DNA from: Deltaproteobacteria bacterium
Lineage (GTDB): Bacteria > Myxococcota_A > Polyangia > Haliangiales > J016
Reading direction: 5' to 3'
Assembly (NCBI GenBank): GCA_003696105.1
Contig: RFGE01000204.1
Span: 1 to 61,409 of the forward strand
Length of the DNA: 61,409 bases
The notes under the pieces are model-generated. The model made no database searches and was not told the DNA's origin. It worked only from the letters and a program-made list of their open reading frames with translations. A program made the translations under genes and the position numbers. Shown piece after piece: positions 1 to 10,495 of this stretch. Every line of letters begins with the position of its first letter. Within the stretch, counting starts at the first letter, position 1.

Positions 1-131
1 CGGGTGGCGGCTATCCCCCCGCGGGCGGCGGCTACCCCCCCGCGGGCGGCGGCTACCCCCCCGCGGGCGGCGGCGCTCCCCCGGCCGGCGGGGGCGGTGG
101 CCTCCCGCCTCCGTCCGGCGGCCACTACTAG
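1..131 (+). CDS. 3' end of a protein with a Gly/Pro/Tyr-rich tail (partial)
   Basis: The frame from base 3 reads GGGYPPAGGGYPPAGGGYPPAGGGAPPAGGGGGLPPPSGGHY-TAG (129-131). The 21-bp tandem unit encodes GGGYPPA. Confidence 0.7.
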   Translation, partial: GGGYPPAGGGYPPAGGGYPPAGGGAPPAGGGGGLPPPSGGHY

Positions 132-158
132 GCGCTGTAGCGCATCGCCGCTGGCTGC

Positions 159-273
159 GGTCGCGCTCTGCGGGTGATCTTCGGCGTACGTCCCCGCGCC
201 CTTCGGTTCCGTATGTGGATACGCGCCCGTGCGCTGCGGGCGTGCGCCGAACCTCGCCTCGCATCTCGCGACC
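159..273 (+). repeat. long imperfect inverted repeat (hairpin) between convergent genes
   Basis: GGTCGCG(159-165)/CGCGACC(267-273); TTCGGCGTACGTCC(180-193)/GGGCGTGCGCCGAA(238-251); apex CGTAT-GTGG-ATACG (210-223). Confidence 0.6.
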
Positions 274-324
274 TCGCTCGCCCGCCGAAACACGACAGCC
301 TCCGAGGTGGCTCGATCGCGCCGG

Positions 325-555
325 TCAGTCCCGGACGATCGGGAGCTTCTTGGGTCCGCGCGCGGCAGCGCGCAACAAGGCGTCGCGCACGTCGTTGCGC
401 AGGGCGACGAGATCTCCGAGGGCGCGGTCCACGCGCGCCTCGAGATCCGCGACCGCGTCGACCCCGCGCGCCACCCGCTGGCTGCGCACGAGCTGGTCGA
501 CCGCGTTTTCGAGATACAGGTGCAGCTCGTCGAGGCGCTCCTTGTCCACCGTCAC
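325..555 (-). CDS. small hypothetical helical protein (76 aa)
   Basis: Protein-like amphipathic sequence with GC3-rich codons; GTG start. Confidence 0.55.
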   Translation of the reverse strand: MTVDKERLDELHLYLENAVDQLVRSQRVARGVDAVADLEARVDRALGDLVALRNDVRDALLRAAARGPKKLPIVRD

Positions 556-673
556 GTCGCCATCATAGCGGGCAGATCGCGCGAGCGCCGCGCGCCCGAT
601 CGCACCGCCAAATCTTGACCCCTCGCAGTCGAGTTGCTACGACTCGCCGCGGGAGGGTGGTGAGAGTGCAAGG

Positions 674-1321
674 ATGCGAATTCTCAGAGCGCAGTACCGA
701 ACGGGCGACGATTTCCTCACCCATTACATCTCCACCTTCCCCCACGGCGGACTGTTCTTTCCGACCCGCGCCAAGCTCGACCTCGGCCAGATCGTGCTCG
801 TCGACGTCCGCGTGCCCAACCTGCGCGACCGGATGCTCGTGTGCGCCCGCGTGACCTGGCGGCGGCCGGCGAATCGCCGCACCGGCGTCCCGGCCGGCGT
901 CGGTCTGGAGTTTCTCGCGTCGGAACGCCGCAAGCGCGACTTCTTGTTGGCGCTCGCCGGCGCAGGCGCGCACGCTCAGGGGCAGCGACGCCATCGCCGC
1001 CTGCCGACCGCCCTGCCCATCGCCTGGCGCGTGAACGCCGAGCCATCTCGGCGGTCGGGCGTGCTGGCCGACATCGCCCCTGGGGGCGCGTTCATACGGC
1101 TCGACGAGCCGCCGCCGGCTCCGGGGACGGAGGTCGTCCTCCAACTCAAGCCGCCGGGGTCCAGCGCGCCGATCGACCTCGCCGGTCGCGTCGCGTGGAC
1201 GCGCGACGCACCGGGCGACACCGCCCTCGGCGTCACGTTCTACTGTCGCGACGCCGGCGGCATGCGCCGCCTGCGCGAACTCGTCCGCCGGATGGAGCGC
1301 GCCGAGGGCACGCACGCGTAG
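674..1321 (+). CDS. tandem PilZ-domain protein (myxobacterial TIGR02266-like)
   Basis: Two repeats with GG(L/A)F, (A/G)RVxWxR and (V/L)G(L/V)xF motifs. The second has RRHRR (RxxxR) and DIAPGG (D/NxSxxG-like) c-di-GMP motifs. Confidence 0.8.
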   Translation: MRILRAQYRTGDDFLTHYISTFPHGGLFFPTRAKLDLGQIVLVDVRVPNLRDRMLVCARVTWRRPANRRTGVPAGVGLEFLASERRKRDFLLALAGAGAHAQGQRRHRRLPTALPIAWRVNAEPSRRSGVLADIAPGGAFIRLDEPPPAPGTEVVLQLKPPGSSAPIDLAGRVAWTRDAPGDTALGVTFYCRDAGGMRRLRELVRRMERAEGTHA

Positions 1322-1355
1322 GAGACTGTACGGCGTGGCGGCCGGACGCGCGCGG

Positions 1356-2504
1356 TCAGCCGTCGAACCGGCGCAGGTCGAACGCGTACAGAATGCCCCC
1401 GTTCGTCAGCACGTACATGCGATCGCCCGCCACGGCCGGCGTCGCCGATACGCCGTGCCCGGGATCGAAGTACTGATAGACGCGCCCGGTCCGCTTGTCG
1501 GTGACATATAAGCCCGCGTCGCTGAGCGCGAACACGGCGTAGCGGCCGGTGACGACCGGGTCGGCCGGCTCGCCGCCGCCGCGCGTTCCCTGGCGCCAGC
1601 GGACGTGGCCCGCGTCGTCGACGGAAAACAGGCCCTCGTCGGCCGCGGCGAAGTAGAGCGTGTCGCCGTCGGCGACCACCGTGCCGGCCCCTTCGACCTC
1701 CAACTTCCACTTGACGAGCCCGGTCGCCGCGTCGAGCGCGTGCACCCCTCCGGCCGCCGACGCCATCCACAGCGTGTCGCCGACGATGGTCGGGTGGCTG
1801 TCGACGTCGACGAACCGGTCAGCCTTGCCCTTGATGGAGGTCATCCACGCGACCGACCCGGTCGCCGTGCGCAGCGCCGCCACGGTCCCATTGGCAAAGC
1901 CGGTAAACAACAGGTCGCCCGCGACGGCGACCCCCGCGTGGCCGCGCAGGGTGAACTCCTCGGGCATGTCCACCTTGAACTGCCAGCGGTACGTGCCGGT
2001 CTCGCGGTCGACCGCGAACACCTCGTCGGCGTCGTCGCTGAAGAACACCAACTCGTCGCCGACCACCGGCGGCCGCACGACGGCGCCATGGCCGGCGTAG
2101 CGCCACTTCTCCTCGCCGTCGAACGTGTCGAGACACAGCAGGTAGCCGTCGTCGGTGCCGACGTACAGCCGCCCGCGGTCGACGACGGGCTGCGCGCTGG
2201 TCGCCCCGATGGCCCGCTTCCACACCACCGAGCCGTCGGCCGCGTCGAGCGCGTACAGCACACCGGCGCGCGACCCGATGTAGACGCGGTCGAACGCCAC
2301 CGCCGCCGTCGCGAACTCCTGCGCGGCAAACTCGTCGCGATGGTCCGCGATCACACGCTTCCACCGCAGGCTGAGCACCGGCAGGCCGATGTCCTCGCGC
2401 GCTACGGCCGCGACCGGATCGATCTGCTGCGGATGGCGCCAGCAGCCGGTCGCCGCCGCGGCGACGCCGGCGGCCGCGACCGTGCAAACCAGGCTACTGC
2501 GCAT
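1356..2504 (-). CDS. BamB-like PQQ-type beta-propeller lipoprotein
   Basis: Lipobox-like ATGC; repeated LYALDxxxG..W propeller motifs; yfgM-bamB-der synteny. Confidence 0.8.
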   Translation of the reverse strand: MRSSLVCTVAAAGVAAAATGCWRHPQQIDPVAAVAREDIGLPVLSLRWKRVIADHRDEFAAQEFATAAVAFDRVYIGSRAGVLYALDAADGSVVWKRAIGATSAQPVVDRGRLYVGTDDGYLLCLDTFDGEEKWRYAGHGAVVRPPVVGDELVFFSDDADEVFAVDRETGTYRWQFKVDMPEEFTLRGHAGVAVAGDLLFTGFANGTVAALRTATGSVAWMTSIKGKADRFVDVDSHPTIVGDTLWMASAAGGVHALDAATGLVKWKLEVEGAGTVVADGDTLYFAAADEGLFSVDDAGHVRWRQGTRGGGEPADPVVTGRYAVFALSDAGLYVTDKRTGRVYQYFDPGHGVSATPAVAGDRMYVLTNGGILYAFDLRRFDG

Positions 2505-3306
2505 CCGCCGGAGCCGCGCCCAGCAGCGCCAGGCGCTGGTTGATGTCGCCGCGCAGCGGCGTCGCGGGATGAGACGCGATCACCTCGTTGTAGCGCGCGA
2601 TCGCGTCGCTCGTTCGACCGAGCGCCGCGAGCACGCGGGCCTGGTGGTACAGCGCCTCGTCGCGCAGCGGGCCGTCCTCGCGCGGCTGCACCCGCTCGTA
2701 GGCGTCGAGCGCCTTTTCGAGTTCCGCCTTGCGCGCGGCCTCGTCCTCGAGCGCCAACGCGGCCGCCTCTATCGAGCGCGCCACGCCGGCGCGCGCGAGG
2801 GCGCGCAGCATCTCCGGGTAGTCGCCGGCGGCGAACGCGCCGTACGCGGCGCGCGCGCCGGCGTAGTCTTCGGCATCGTACAGGGCGGCCGCGTGGAGCA
2901 GTTCTGCCGCGGCGGCGGCGTCGCTGTCGCCGAACTCACCGTAGAGGCGCTCGAACTCGGCCAGCGCCGCGGCAGCCCGCTCCTTGGCGGACGCGTGGTA
3001 TTCGAGGTCCGCCAGCTGCGGCAGCGACTTGAACAGTTCGGCCTCTTCGTCCGACATCACCTCCGTGCTCAGCGCGTCGACCGCGGCGACCACGTACGCG
3101 GTGGCGTCCTCCGACGCGTGGGCGCGCCACGTGTTGTACGAGACGGCCGCGACCACGGCGACGAGCAGGACGGCGCCGCCGATCAGCAGCTGTTTCGCAT
3201 ACGGTTTAAGCCGCTCGATCAGGCGGTTGACGCCGGAGACGAACTCGTCCGTCTCCTCGATGGCGGCCTTCGCCTTGCCGAATTTGCCTTTGTTTTTCGG
3301 AGACAT
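2494..3306 (-). CDS. YfgM-like membrane-anchored TPR protein
   Basis: One N-terminal TM helix, then TPR-like helices; lies upstream of the BamB-like gene. Confidence 0.7.
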   Translation of the reverse strand: MSPKNKGKFGKAKAAIEETDEFVSGVNRLIERLKPYAKQLLIGGAVLLVAVVAAVSYNTWRAHASEDATAYVVAAVDALSTEVMSDEEAELFKSLPQLADLEYHASAKERAAAALAEFERLYGEFGDSDAAAAAELLHAAALYDAEDYAGARAAYGAFAAGDYPEMLRALARAGVARSIEAAALALEDEAARKAELEKALDAYERVQPREDGPLRDEALYHQARVLAALGRTSDAIARYNEVIASHPATPLRGDINQRLALLGAAPADAQ

Positions 3307-3413
3307 TCAGGCGCTCTCTTAGCTTAGAACCACGCGCCGGGCAAGGGGTTGCCCGATCGGCTCGCGCGTATCGGTCGCGGCGGCGCGGCGGTCGGTCGCC
3401 AACGGCCGCCGCG

Positions 3414-3935
3414 CTAAAAGTAGCCCCAGCGCCACGTGAGCCGCGCGCCCGCGGTCACGAGGGTCGCCCCGTCGGCCCAGGTCGCCGCGCGCGCGTACAT
3501 CCCCCACGACGCGTCGCGGCCGCGCAGCACCTCGAGCCCCGCGCCGAGTTCGATGGCGGGCGCGAGGTCGGCGTCCAGGTCTCCGCCGGCCGTGAACACC
3601 GCCCCCGCGCCGACCGACGCGTACGGGACGTACTTGAGCACGTCGAACAGGTACACGATCGACAGAGTCGCGTATGCGCTATAGGCGGCGCCGCCGTCGT
3701 AGTGGGCGCCGCCGCCGGCCGACGCGCGCAGCGACAGCGCGTCCGACAGCCCGCGCTCGTAGTCGACCGCCAGGACCGCGCCGTGAGCGGCCGCGTCCCG
3801 ATCCGACAACGACAACCGCCCGTACGCGAGGCCGACGGACGCGGAGCGATCGTCGCCGCCGGCGCGCGCGACGCCGGAGACGGACGTCGCGACGACGGCC
3901 GCGACCGCGAGGACGCACGTGCGACCGGCCGTCAC
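3414..3935 (-). CDS. small outer-membrane beta-barrel protein
   Basis: Signal peptide, alternating beta-strand pattern, VPYxxxGxG motif, terminal Phe (WGYF). Confidence 0.65.
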   Translation of the reverse strand: MTAGRTCVLAVAAVVATSVSGVARAGGDDRSASVGLAYGRLSLSDRDAAAHGAVLAVDYERGLSDALSLRASAGGGAHYDGGAAYSAYATLSIVYLFDVLKYVPYASVGAGAVFTAGGDLDADLAPAIELGAGLEVLRGRDASWGMYARAATWADGATLVTAGARLTWRWGYF

Positions 3936-5323
3936 GCGCGCCCTCCCCGCTCGCGGCGCTTTTTGCGCTTGACGACGATGCGCACCGGCGTGCCCTCAAA
4001 CCCGTAGCGGCGGCGCAGTTGGTTGACCAGGAATCGCTTGTACGACTCGGCGACGTAGCGCGGATGGTTGGCCCACAGAAGGAAGGTCGGCGGCCGCGTG
4101 CCGCCCTGGGTCATGTAGTGGATCCGCACGGACCGCCCGCTCTGGGTCGGCGGCGGGTGCGTCTCGCACACCTCGGCGAAGAACCGGTTGATCTCCGCGG
4201 TCGGCACGCGCGCGCGGTGGGCCGCGGCCACGCGGTCGACCGCGGCGAGCAGGTCGGCCATGCCGTCGCCGCGCAGCGCCGACGTCTTGACGCGCGGAGC
4301 GAACGACAGAAAGTGCAGCTCGTCGCGCAGCGCGGCGTCTACCCGGGCGGCATCCCCCGGGCCGAGCCGGTCCGCCTTGTTGAGAGCGATGACCACGGGC
4401 CGACCGGCGTCGACGATGGCGCCGGCGATCCGCTGATCCTGCTCCGTCGGCCCCTCCGTCGCGTCGATGACCAACACGGCGACGTCCGCGCGCCGGATCT
4501 GATCGAGCGCCATCGATACCGACACCTGTTCAGTGCGCGCGTCGATCCGCGCCCGCTTGCGCATGCCGGCCGTGTCGACCAGGACGTAGGGCCGGCCGTC
4601 GAACTCGAACGGCGTGTCGACCGGGTCCGTCGTCGTGCCCGGCGCGTCGTGTACCAGCGCGCGCTCAGCGCCGACCAGGCGGTTGACCGTGCTCGACTTG
4701 CCGACGTTCGGCTTGCCGACGAACGCGATGCGCAGCGGCCGACCCTCGTCGGGGTCCGCGACGTCGTCGCCGCCGGACGCCGCCTGCTCGTCCGCATCGT
4801 CGGCACGCGCCGCCGCCGCCGGCACCGCCGCGACCACCGCCTCGACCAGCGGGTCGACGCCGCGCCCGTGGGCGGCGGACACGCCGAAAACTTCGCCCAA
4901 CCCGAGCGCGAAGAACTCCGCCAACAGCGGGTCGTGTTTCGGCCCGTCGATCTTGTTGACGGCCACGACGACCGGCCGTTCGCAGCGCCGCAACATGTCG
5001 GCGAGGTCGGCGTCCACCGGCGTGAGGCCGGCGCGGCCGTCGACCACGAACAACACGGCGTCGGCCTCGTCGATGGCGGCGCGGGCCTGGCGGTGGATGC
5101 CGGCGCCGAGCGCGGTCGCTTCGGCGTCGGGGTCGAGCCCGCCGGTGTCGACCGCGCGAAACCGCGCGCCGAAGTACTCGACCTCGCCGTAGCGGCGGTC
5201 GCGCGTGACGCCCGGCGTGTCGTCGACGAGCGCCGGGCGGCCGCCGACCAGCCGGTTGAACAGCGTCGACTTGCCGACGTTCGGCCGTCCGACGATGGCG
5301 ACCAGCGGCAGCTCGCGCGGCAT
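3932..5323 (-). CDS. der: ribosome biogenesis GTPase Der (EngA)
   Basis: Two G domains (GRPNVGKS, DTGG, NKID; GKPNVGKS, DTAG, NKAD) and a C-terminal FEGTPVR; ATG at 5323. Confidence 0.97.
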   Translation of the reverse strand: MPRELPLVAIVGRPNVGKSTLFNRLVGGRPALVDDTPGVTRDRRYGEVEYFGARFRAVDTGGLDPDAEATALGAGIHRQARAAIDEADAVLFVVDGRAGLTPVDADLADMLRRCERPVVVAVNKIDGPKHDPLLAEFFALGLGEVFGVSAAHGRGVDPLVEAVVAAVPAAAARADDADEQAASGGDDVADPDEGRPLRIAFVGKPNVGKSSTVNRLVGAERALVHDAPGTTTDPVDTPFEFDGRPYVLVDTAGMRKRARIDARTEQVSVSMALDQIRRADVAVLVIDATEGPTEQDQRIAGAIVDAGRPVVIALNKADRLGPGDAARVDAALRDELHFLSFAPRVKTSALRGDGMADLLAAVDRVAAAHRARVPTAEINRFFAEVCETHPPPTQSGRSVRIHYMTQGGTRPPTFLLWANHPRYVAESYKRFLVNQLRRRYGFEGTPVRIVVKRKKRRERGGRA

Positions 5324-6246
5324 CACTCGTAGCCCATCTTTCGCAGGCCGCGCGGCTCGCTCGACCACTCGGGCGCGACCTTGACGTGGAGCCTGACGTG
5401 TACCGGACAGCCGAGCACCTTCGCGATCTCGGCGCGCGCGCGCTGGCCGACCTCCTTGATGCGCGCGCCGCCGCGGCCGACGACGATGCCTCTTTGCGAG
5501 TCGCGCTCCACGTAGATCACCGCGTAGATGGCGACGTCGCCGCCGCTGCGCTCCTCGAACTGCTCCACGACGACGGCCGACGCGTACGGCAACTCGTCGC
5601 CAAGCTGCAGATACAACTGCTCGCGGATCAGCTCGGCCGCCAAGAACGACTCGGCGCGGTCGGTCACCATGTCCTCGGGAAACAGCCGCGGCCCCGGCGG
5701 CAACTGGCGCGCGATCGCCGCGATGAGTTCCGGGACGTTGGTGCCGCGCAGGGCGGACATCGGCACGATCTCCTCGAACCGGCCGAGCCGCGACAACGAC
5801 TCGATCCACGGCAGCAGCAGCGCCTTGTCGCGCAGCCGGTCGACCTTGTTGAGCGCGCAGATCGCCGGCGCGTCGAGGCGTGCGAGCGCCTGCCACAACT
5901 CCACCGCCGCGCCGCGCTCGAGCGCGTCCTCGGCCCGCTGGCGCGGGTCCGACGCGTCGAGCATCAGCAGCGCGACGTCGCAGTCGACCGCCGCGGCCAG
6001 CGCCTCGTCGAGCATGTATTTGCGCAGCGCATTGTGGCCGTGTTGCACGCCCGGCGTGTCGACGAACACGACCTGCGCGTCCGGCCGGTTGACGATCCCG
6101 ACGATCCGGTTGCGCGTGGTCTGCGGCTTCGGCGACACCGCGGCGATCTTCTTGCCGAGCGCCGCGTTCAGCAACGTCGACTTGCCGGCGTTCGGCAGGC
6201 CCAGGATGGCGCAGAACCCGGCGCGGATGTCGATCGTGTCGGACAT
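5323..6246 (-). CDS. era: GTPase Era
   Basis: [21 protein letters not shown] and KH-domain [12 protein letters not shown]; ATG at 6246. Confidence 0.97.
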   Translation of the reverse strand: MSDTIDIRAGFCAILGLPNAGKSTLLNAALGKKIAAVSPKPQTTRNRIVGIVNRPDAQVVFVDTPGVQHGHNALRKYMLDEALAAAVDCDVALLMLDASDPRQRAEDALERGAAVELWQALARLDAPAICALNKVDRLRDKALLLPWIESLSRLGRFEEIVPMSALRGTNVPELIAAIARQLPPGPRLFPEDMVTDRAESFLAAELIREQLYLQLGDELPYASAVVVEQFEERSGGDVAIYAVIYVERDSQRGIVVGRGGARIKEVGQRARAEIAKVLGCPVHVRLHVKVAPEWSSEPRGLRKMGYE

Positions 6247-6305
6247 GGGCGAAGGGCCTTGTAGCACGGCAGCGGCAGCGGCGATGCGCCCGCGCGACGC
6301 GGCGG

Positions 6306-6572
6306 TCAGGAGCCGAACAGCGCCTCGAGCCGGCCGAGCGCCGCCCAGGTGAGCCCGTACTTGGCCGCCGCCAGCACGAGCGCCGCGGTGCCGACCGCCA
6401 TCGCGCCGCTGCCGGCGAGCCGGGCGCGCGCCGGCGCCGACCGCCGCCGGTAGCCGGCGCGGCCGGTGCCGATCGCCGCGATCGACAGCCCCATCGCCGC
6501 GTACATGCCGCCGCCCGGCACGGCCAGCGCGGCCGCCGACGCGGCCGCGAGCGCGAGCGCGAGCCAGCCCAT
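6306..6572 (-). CDS. small membrane protein (88 aa)
   Basis: Hydrophobic helices; fills the gap between mnmA and era. Confidence 0.55.
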   Translation of the reverse strand: MGWLALALAAASAAALAVPGGGMYAAMGLSIAAIGTGRAGYRRRSAPARARLAGSGAMAVGTAALVLAAAKYGLTWAALGRLEALFGS

Positions 6573-6581
6573 GAGACGACG

Positions 6582-7712
6582 CTAGCCCGGGGCGGCCGGT
6601 GCGGCCAAGTTTTCGGCCGCGCGCTCGGCCGCCGGCGCGATCCAGCCGCCGCCGAGCACCCGGTCGCCCGCGTAGAACACGGCGGCCTGGCCGGGCGCGG
6701 CGACCAGCGGCTCGGCCAGGTCGACCCGCGCGCCGCCGCCGTCGGGGCTCACCCGCGCCGGCCGCGGCGTCTGGCGGTGGCGTACCTGCACGAGCACGTC
6801 GACCGGCGCGGCCGGCCGCGGCGCGAGCCAGTTCACGTCGCGCACCCGCAGCGTCGACCGCGCCGCCGCCTCGCGCGGACCGACGACGACCCGGTTGGTC
6901 GCCGCGTCGAGGTCGACCACGTACGCCGGCTGGCCGCGGCCGATCGCGCCGAGGCCGCGCCGCTGGCCGAGGGTGTAGCGGTGAACCCCGGCGTGGCGTC
7001 CGACCACGCGCCCGGTCCGGTCCACCACGTCGCCCGCCCGCGGCAGCGGCCGCCCCGCCGCCCGCGCGCGCCGCTCGACGAAACCGGCGTAGTCGCCGTC
7101 CGGCACGAAGCAGATCTCCTGCGAGTCCGGCTTGTCCGCAACCGGCACGCCGAGCCGCCGCGCCTCGGCGCGCACCTCGTCCTTCGTCAACCCGCCGAGC
7201 GGGAACCTCACCGCGCCCAGCGCCGACGCCGGCATCGCGAACAGGAAGTACGACTGGTCCTTGCCCGGGTCGACGCCGCGGCGCAGCGCCCAGCCGTCGC
7301 CGTCGGGCTCGAGGCGCGCGTAGTGACCGGTCGCCAGGGCGTCGCAACCGAGCGCCCGCGCGCGGCGCAAAAGCGGCGTGAACTTGATGTGCTCGTTGCA
7401 CCGCGCGCATGGATTCGGCGTCTCGCCGGCCAGGTAGCTGGCGACGAAGTCGTCCACCACGCGGCGCTCGAACTCGCGCTCGTAGTCGACGACGTAAAAC
7501 GGGATGTCGAGCTCGGCGCACACGCGGCGCGCGTCCTCGATGTCGCGCGGCCCGCAGCAACGCCCGCCGATCGACGCCGCCGTGCCGCGCGCGTCGTACA
7601 GGCGCATGGTCAGGCCAACCACGCGGTGGCCGCGCTCGACCAGCAGCGCCGCGGTGGTCGCGCTGTCGACGCCGCCGGACAGCGCTACCGCGATCGGACC
7701 CGGATTCGCCAC
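6582..7712 (-). CDS. mnmA: tRNA 2-thiouridylase MnmA
   Basis: [37 protein letters not shown] and PGQAAVFY motifs; GTG start about 7712. Confidence 0.96.
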   Translation of the reverse strand: MANPGPIAVALSGGVDSATTAALLVERGHRVVGLTMRLYDARGTAASIGGRCCGPRDIEDARRVCAELDIPFYVVDYEREFERRVVDDFVASYLAGETPNPCARCNEHIKFTPLLRRARALGCDALATGHYARLEPDGDGWALRRGVDPGKDQSYFLFAMPASALGAVRFPLGGLTKDEVRAEARRLGVPVADKPDSQEICFVPDGDYAGFVERRARAAGRPLPRAGDVVDRTGRVVGRHAGVHRYTLGQRRGLGAIGRGQPAYVVDLDAATNRVVVGPREAAARSTLRVRDVNWLAPRPAAPVDVLVQVRHRQTPRPARVSPDGGGARVDLAEPLVAAPGQAAVFYAGDRVLGGGWIAPAAERAAENLAAPAAPG

Positions 7713-7766
7713 GGCGGCGTTATAGCAGACCGGGCGCGGGCGGCCGCGTGCGCTACCATCGCGGCG

Positions 7767-9088
7767 ATGCGCCCGGGCGACCGCGTGCACGTGACCGCCG
7801 CCGAGCTGGCCGCCGACGGCCGGGGCGTCGCCCCGTGTGGCGCGGTCGATGTGCACGTGTGGGACCTGCTGCCCGGCGAGAGCGGCCGGGCGCAGATCGA
7901 GCACGTGAGCCCCCACGCGCCGCGGGCGTGGGCGCGGCTGGTCGACCGGACGTCGCCGCCGGCCGCCGAGCGGGTCACCCCCGCCTGCCCCGCGTTCGGC
8001 GCGTGCGGCGGGTGCGCGTGGCAGCACGTCGCCTACCCCGCCCAGCTCGCGGCGAAGCGACGGCGGGTGCAGCGGGCGCTCGGCGACGGCGTCGCGGTGG
8101 CCGATGTGGTCGCCGCGCCGCGCGAGACGCGGTACCGCAACTTCGGCAAGTACGTGGCGCTCCGGGCGCGGTCGGCGCGTACCGGCCGCGGAGCCACGCG
8201 GTCGTGTCCACCTTGGGGTGCGCCGTCGTCGAGCCGGTCGTCGACCGCGTCGCGCGCGCCGTCGCCGCCGATCACGCCGCCTGCGGCCTCGCCGCCTTCG
8301 ACGAGCGGACGCGCGCGGGCCACCTGCGGTACCTGCTGGTGCGCAGCGACGGCGAGCGCGCGCTCGCCGGCATCGTGACCGCGCCGTCCGCGCCGGCCGC
8401 GGCCGTGGACCGGCTGGCCGAGCGGCTGCGCGCGCGCGTGCCCGCCGTCGTCGGCGTCGTCCACGTGGTCAACGACGCGACCGGCGGCGCCCTGCTCGGC
8501 CCGCGGCGCCGGATCGCGTCGGGCGCCGCCGTCATCCGCGAGGCGCTCGGCGACCTGGACGTCGAGGTCGGCATCGGTTCGTTCTTTCAGGTCAACCGCG
8601 ACCAGGCCGCGCGGCTGTACGCGGCCGTCGCCGACGCGGTGCAGGCCGCGCCGGGCGTGCGGGCCGTCGACGTCTACTGTGGCGTCGGCGGCATCGCCCT
8701 CACCCTCGCGGCGCGGGGCGCCGACGTGCTCGGCATCGAGCGCGACGCCGACGCGGTCGCGACCGCGCGCGCCGCCGCACGCCGCCACGGCCTCCGCGCC
8801 CGGTTCGAGGCCGCGGACGCCGCGCGGCTCGTCGACCTCGCCGGCGCGGTCGACGTCGCGGTGGTCAACCCGCCGCGCAAGGGCCTCGATGTCCCGACCC
8901 GCGCCGCCCTCGCGCGCCTGGCGCCGGCGAGGATCGCCTACGTGAGCTGCCACCCCGACAGCCTCGCGCGCGACCTGGGCGATCTGCGCGGCGCCGGCTA
9001 CCGCGTCGAGCGCGCCGTGCCGTTCGACCTGATGCCCGGCACCGCGCAGGTCGAGACGGTCGCGATCCTGCGGCGCGATTCGCGTTGA
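7767..9088 (+). pseudogene. rlmD: RlmD/TrmA-family RNA m5U methyltransferase, frameshifted near 8160
   Basis: The TRAM domain, CPAFGACGGC and YRN lie in one frame. FFQVN, DVYCGVG, NPPRKG, YVSC and FDLMPGTAQVE lie in another. Could be a sequencing error. Confidence 0.8.
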
Positions 9089-9147
9089 CGATCAGGGCCT
9101 TGTGCGCGAATGGCTCGCGCGATGGGCCCACGGCGGCCGCGCCCGGT

Positions 9148-9537
9148 TCACGGGGGATCGACCGGGATCGCCATGCGGATCGTCGCGCCTTCGGACACGT
9201 GGAACCGGCGCGTGAAGTGCCGCGCGCCCGCGTCGGTCACCAGTTCGATCGCGGCGGTGTACGGCCCCGGGTCGAGCCGAAGCGTGTGCTCCGCCGGTCC
9301 CGGCGCGCCGGCCGGCCCGTAGCGCTGTTCCATGTAGCCGACGCGCTCGCCACCGCGCAGGTACTCGGCGCGCAGGGCGCGCACCCGGGACGCACCGGCG
9401 CCGAAGTCGAACCGCAGCGCCACCCGCGCCGCGTCCGCCCGCATCGCGTCCACCGCCAGGGCGGCCACGCCCACGACCACCGCCAGCGGAAGCACACGCC
9501 GGCGGAGCACCGGCCACCACGTCCCGCGCTCGGTCAC
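9148..9537 (-). CDS. hypothetical membrane-anchored protein
   Basis: N-terminal TM helix, then a beta-rich domain; GTG start about 9537. Confidence 0.55.
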   Translation of the reverse strand: MTERGTWWPVLRRRVLPLAVVVGVAALAVDAMRADAARVALRFDFGAGASRVRALRAEYLRGGERVGYMEQRYGPAGAPGPAEHTLRLDPGPYTAAIELVTDAGARHFTRRFHVSEGATIRMAIPVDPP

Positions 9538-9579
9538 GGTGGCAAGCCTAGAGCCAACCGCCCCGCCGCGCCACCGCCC

Positions 9580-9738
9580 CGGCGCCGCGTCGAGGCGCTG
9601 CGCCGGCTCAAGCAGTTCGTGGTCGCCTACCGCGAGGCGTACGAACGGTGGCAGCGCGGCGTGCGCGAGGTGGTGTTCCCGGCCGGCTCGCACGCCATGC
9701 GCGTGTATCAAGGCGTGACCGTCGCCGACACGGCTTGA
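9580..9738 (+). mobile_element. C-terminal remnant of a myxobacterial Y1/RAYT-like transposase
   Basis: RRVEALRRLKQFVVAYREAYERWQRGVREVVFPAGSHAMRVYQGV resembles the C-terminus of these transposases as I recall it. No start codon or HUH domain upstream. Confidence 0.55.
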
Positions 9739-9763
9739 CGCTCGGCCCCGGGCACGCAAAGAC

Positions 9764-9789
9764 CGCGGCAAGTGACTCCACTTGCCGCG
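9764..9789. repeat. perfect 11-bp hairpin downstream of the transposase remnant
   Basis: CGCGGCAAGTG-ACTC-CACTTGCCGCG. Confidence 0.75.
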
Positions 9790-9919
9790 CCAACGTGCGC
9801 CCGCCGCCAGCGAGTGTAGGCGCGGTCACCGGTTTGGCGTCGACCGACCCGGCGCGGCGGTGGCTCGTCAGCCCGCTGCGACCCGATTGCGCCCGCACCG
9901 GCCGCTTGTGCGACGCGAT

Positions 9920-10040
9920 TCATCGGCCGCGGCTCCAATCAACCCGGGTGCGGGCTTGTCGGGCGTGTTAATCAACCCGGGTACGGGCTTGTCGGGCTTG
10001 TCATCTGCCGCGGCTCTAATCAACCCGGGTGCGGGCTCGT
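9920..10040. repeat. three REP-like direct repeats
   Basis: AATCAACCCGGGT(G/A)CGGGCT(T/C)GT at 9937, 9970 and 10018, with palindromic core ACCCGGGT. Copies 1 and 3 also share the upstream TCATC(G/T)GCCGCGGCTC. Confidence 0.8.
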
Positions 10041-10057
10041 GCGAGCCGGCTTTTCGG

Positions 10058-10100
10058 TTGACGCGGCGGTTCATATCGAGATATCCGCATATCCGGATAT
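10058..10100 (+). promoter_or_regulatory. putative ars promoter and ArsR operator
   Basis: TTGACG at 10058; dyad ATATCCG-CATATC-CGGATAT (10081-10100) just upstream of arsR. Confidence 0.55.
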
Positions 10101-10106
10101 CCAGCA

Positions 10107-10451
10107 ATGAACTCGGCCGGCCCCATCGTGCGTCTTTATCGCGCGCTCGGCGACGAGACGCGCTTGCGCATGGTGCACCTGCTGGCCGCCGCCGGCGAGC
10201 TGTGCGTCTGCGAACTCGAGGCGGCGCTCGACATCCCGCAGTCGACGGCATCGCGCCACCTGCGCGTGCTGCGCGACGCGGGCCTCGTCCGCGACCGGCG
10301 CGCCGGCGCGTGGGTCCACTACCGCGTACACGAGGACTTGCCGGAGCCGGCGCGCGACGCGGTCGCGTCGGTCGTTCGCACCTTCGGCCGCACGGCGGCC
10401 GGGCGCGCCGACCTCGCCCGCGCGACGCGAAGCCGCCGGTGCTGCGACTGA
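10107..10451 (+). CDS. arsR: ArsR/SmtB family repressor
   Basis: [22 protein letters not shown]; C-terminal CC. Confidence 0.92.
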   Translation: MNSAGPIVRLYRALGDETRLRMVHLLAAAGELCVCELEAALDIPQSTASRHLRVLRDAGLVRDRRAGAWVHYRVHEDLPEPARDAVASVVRTFGRTAAGRADLARATRSRRCCD

Positions 10452-10495
10452 CGGCCCTCGCCGGCGCCCGGCGGACAAGACACGAACCACACCGC

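Noticed and set aside
9920-10040. Mini CRISPR array
   Set aside because: Spacing is irregular and short (33 and 48 bp periods), and the intervening sequence is partly duplicated.
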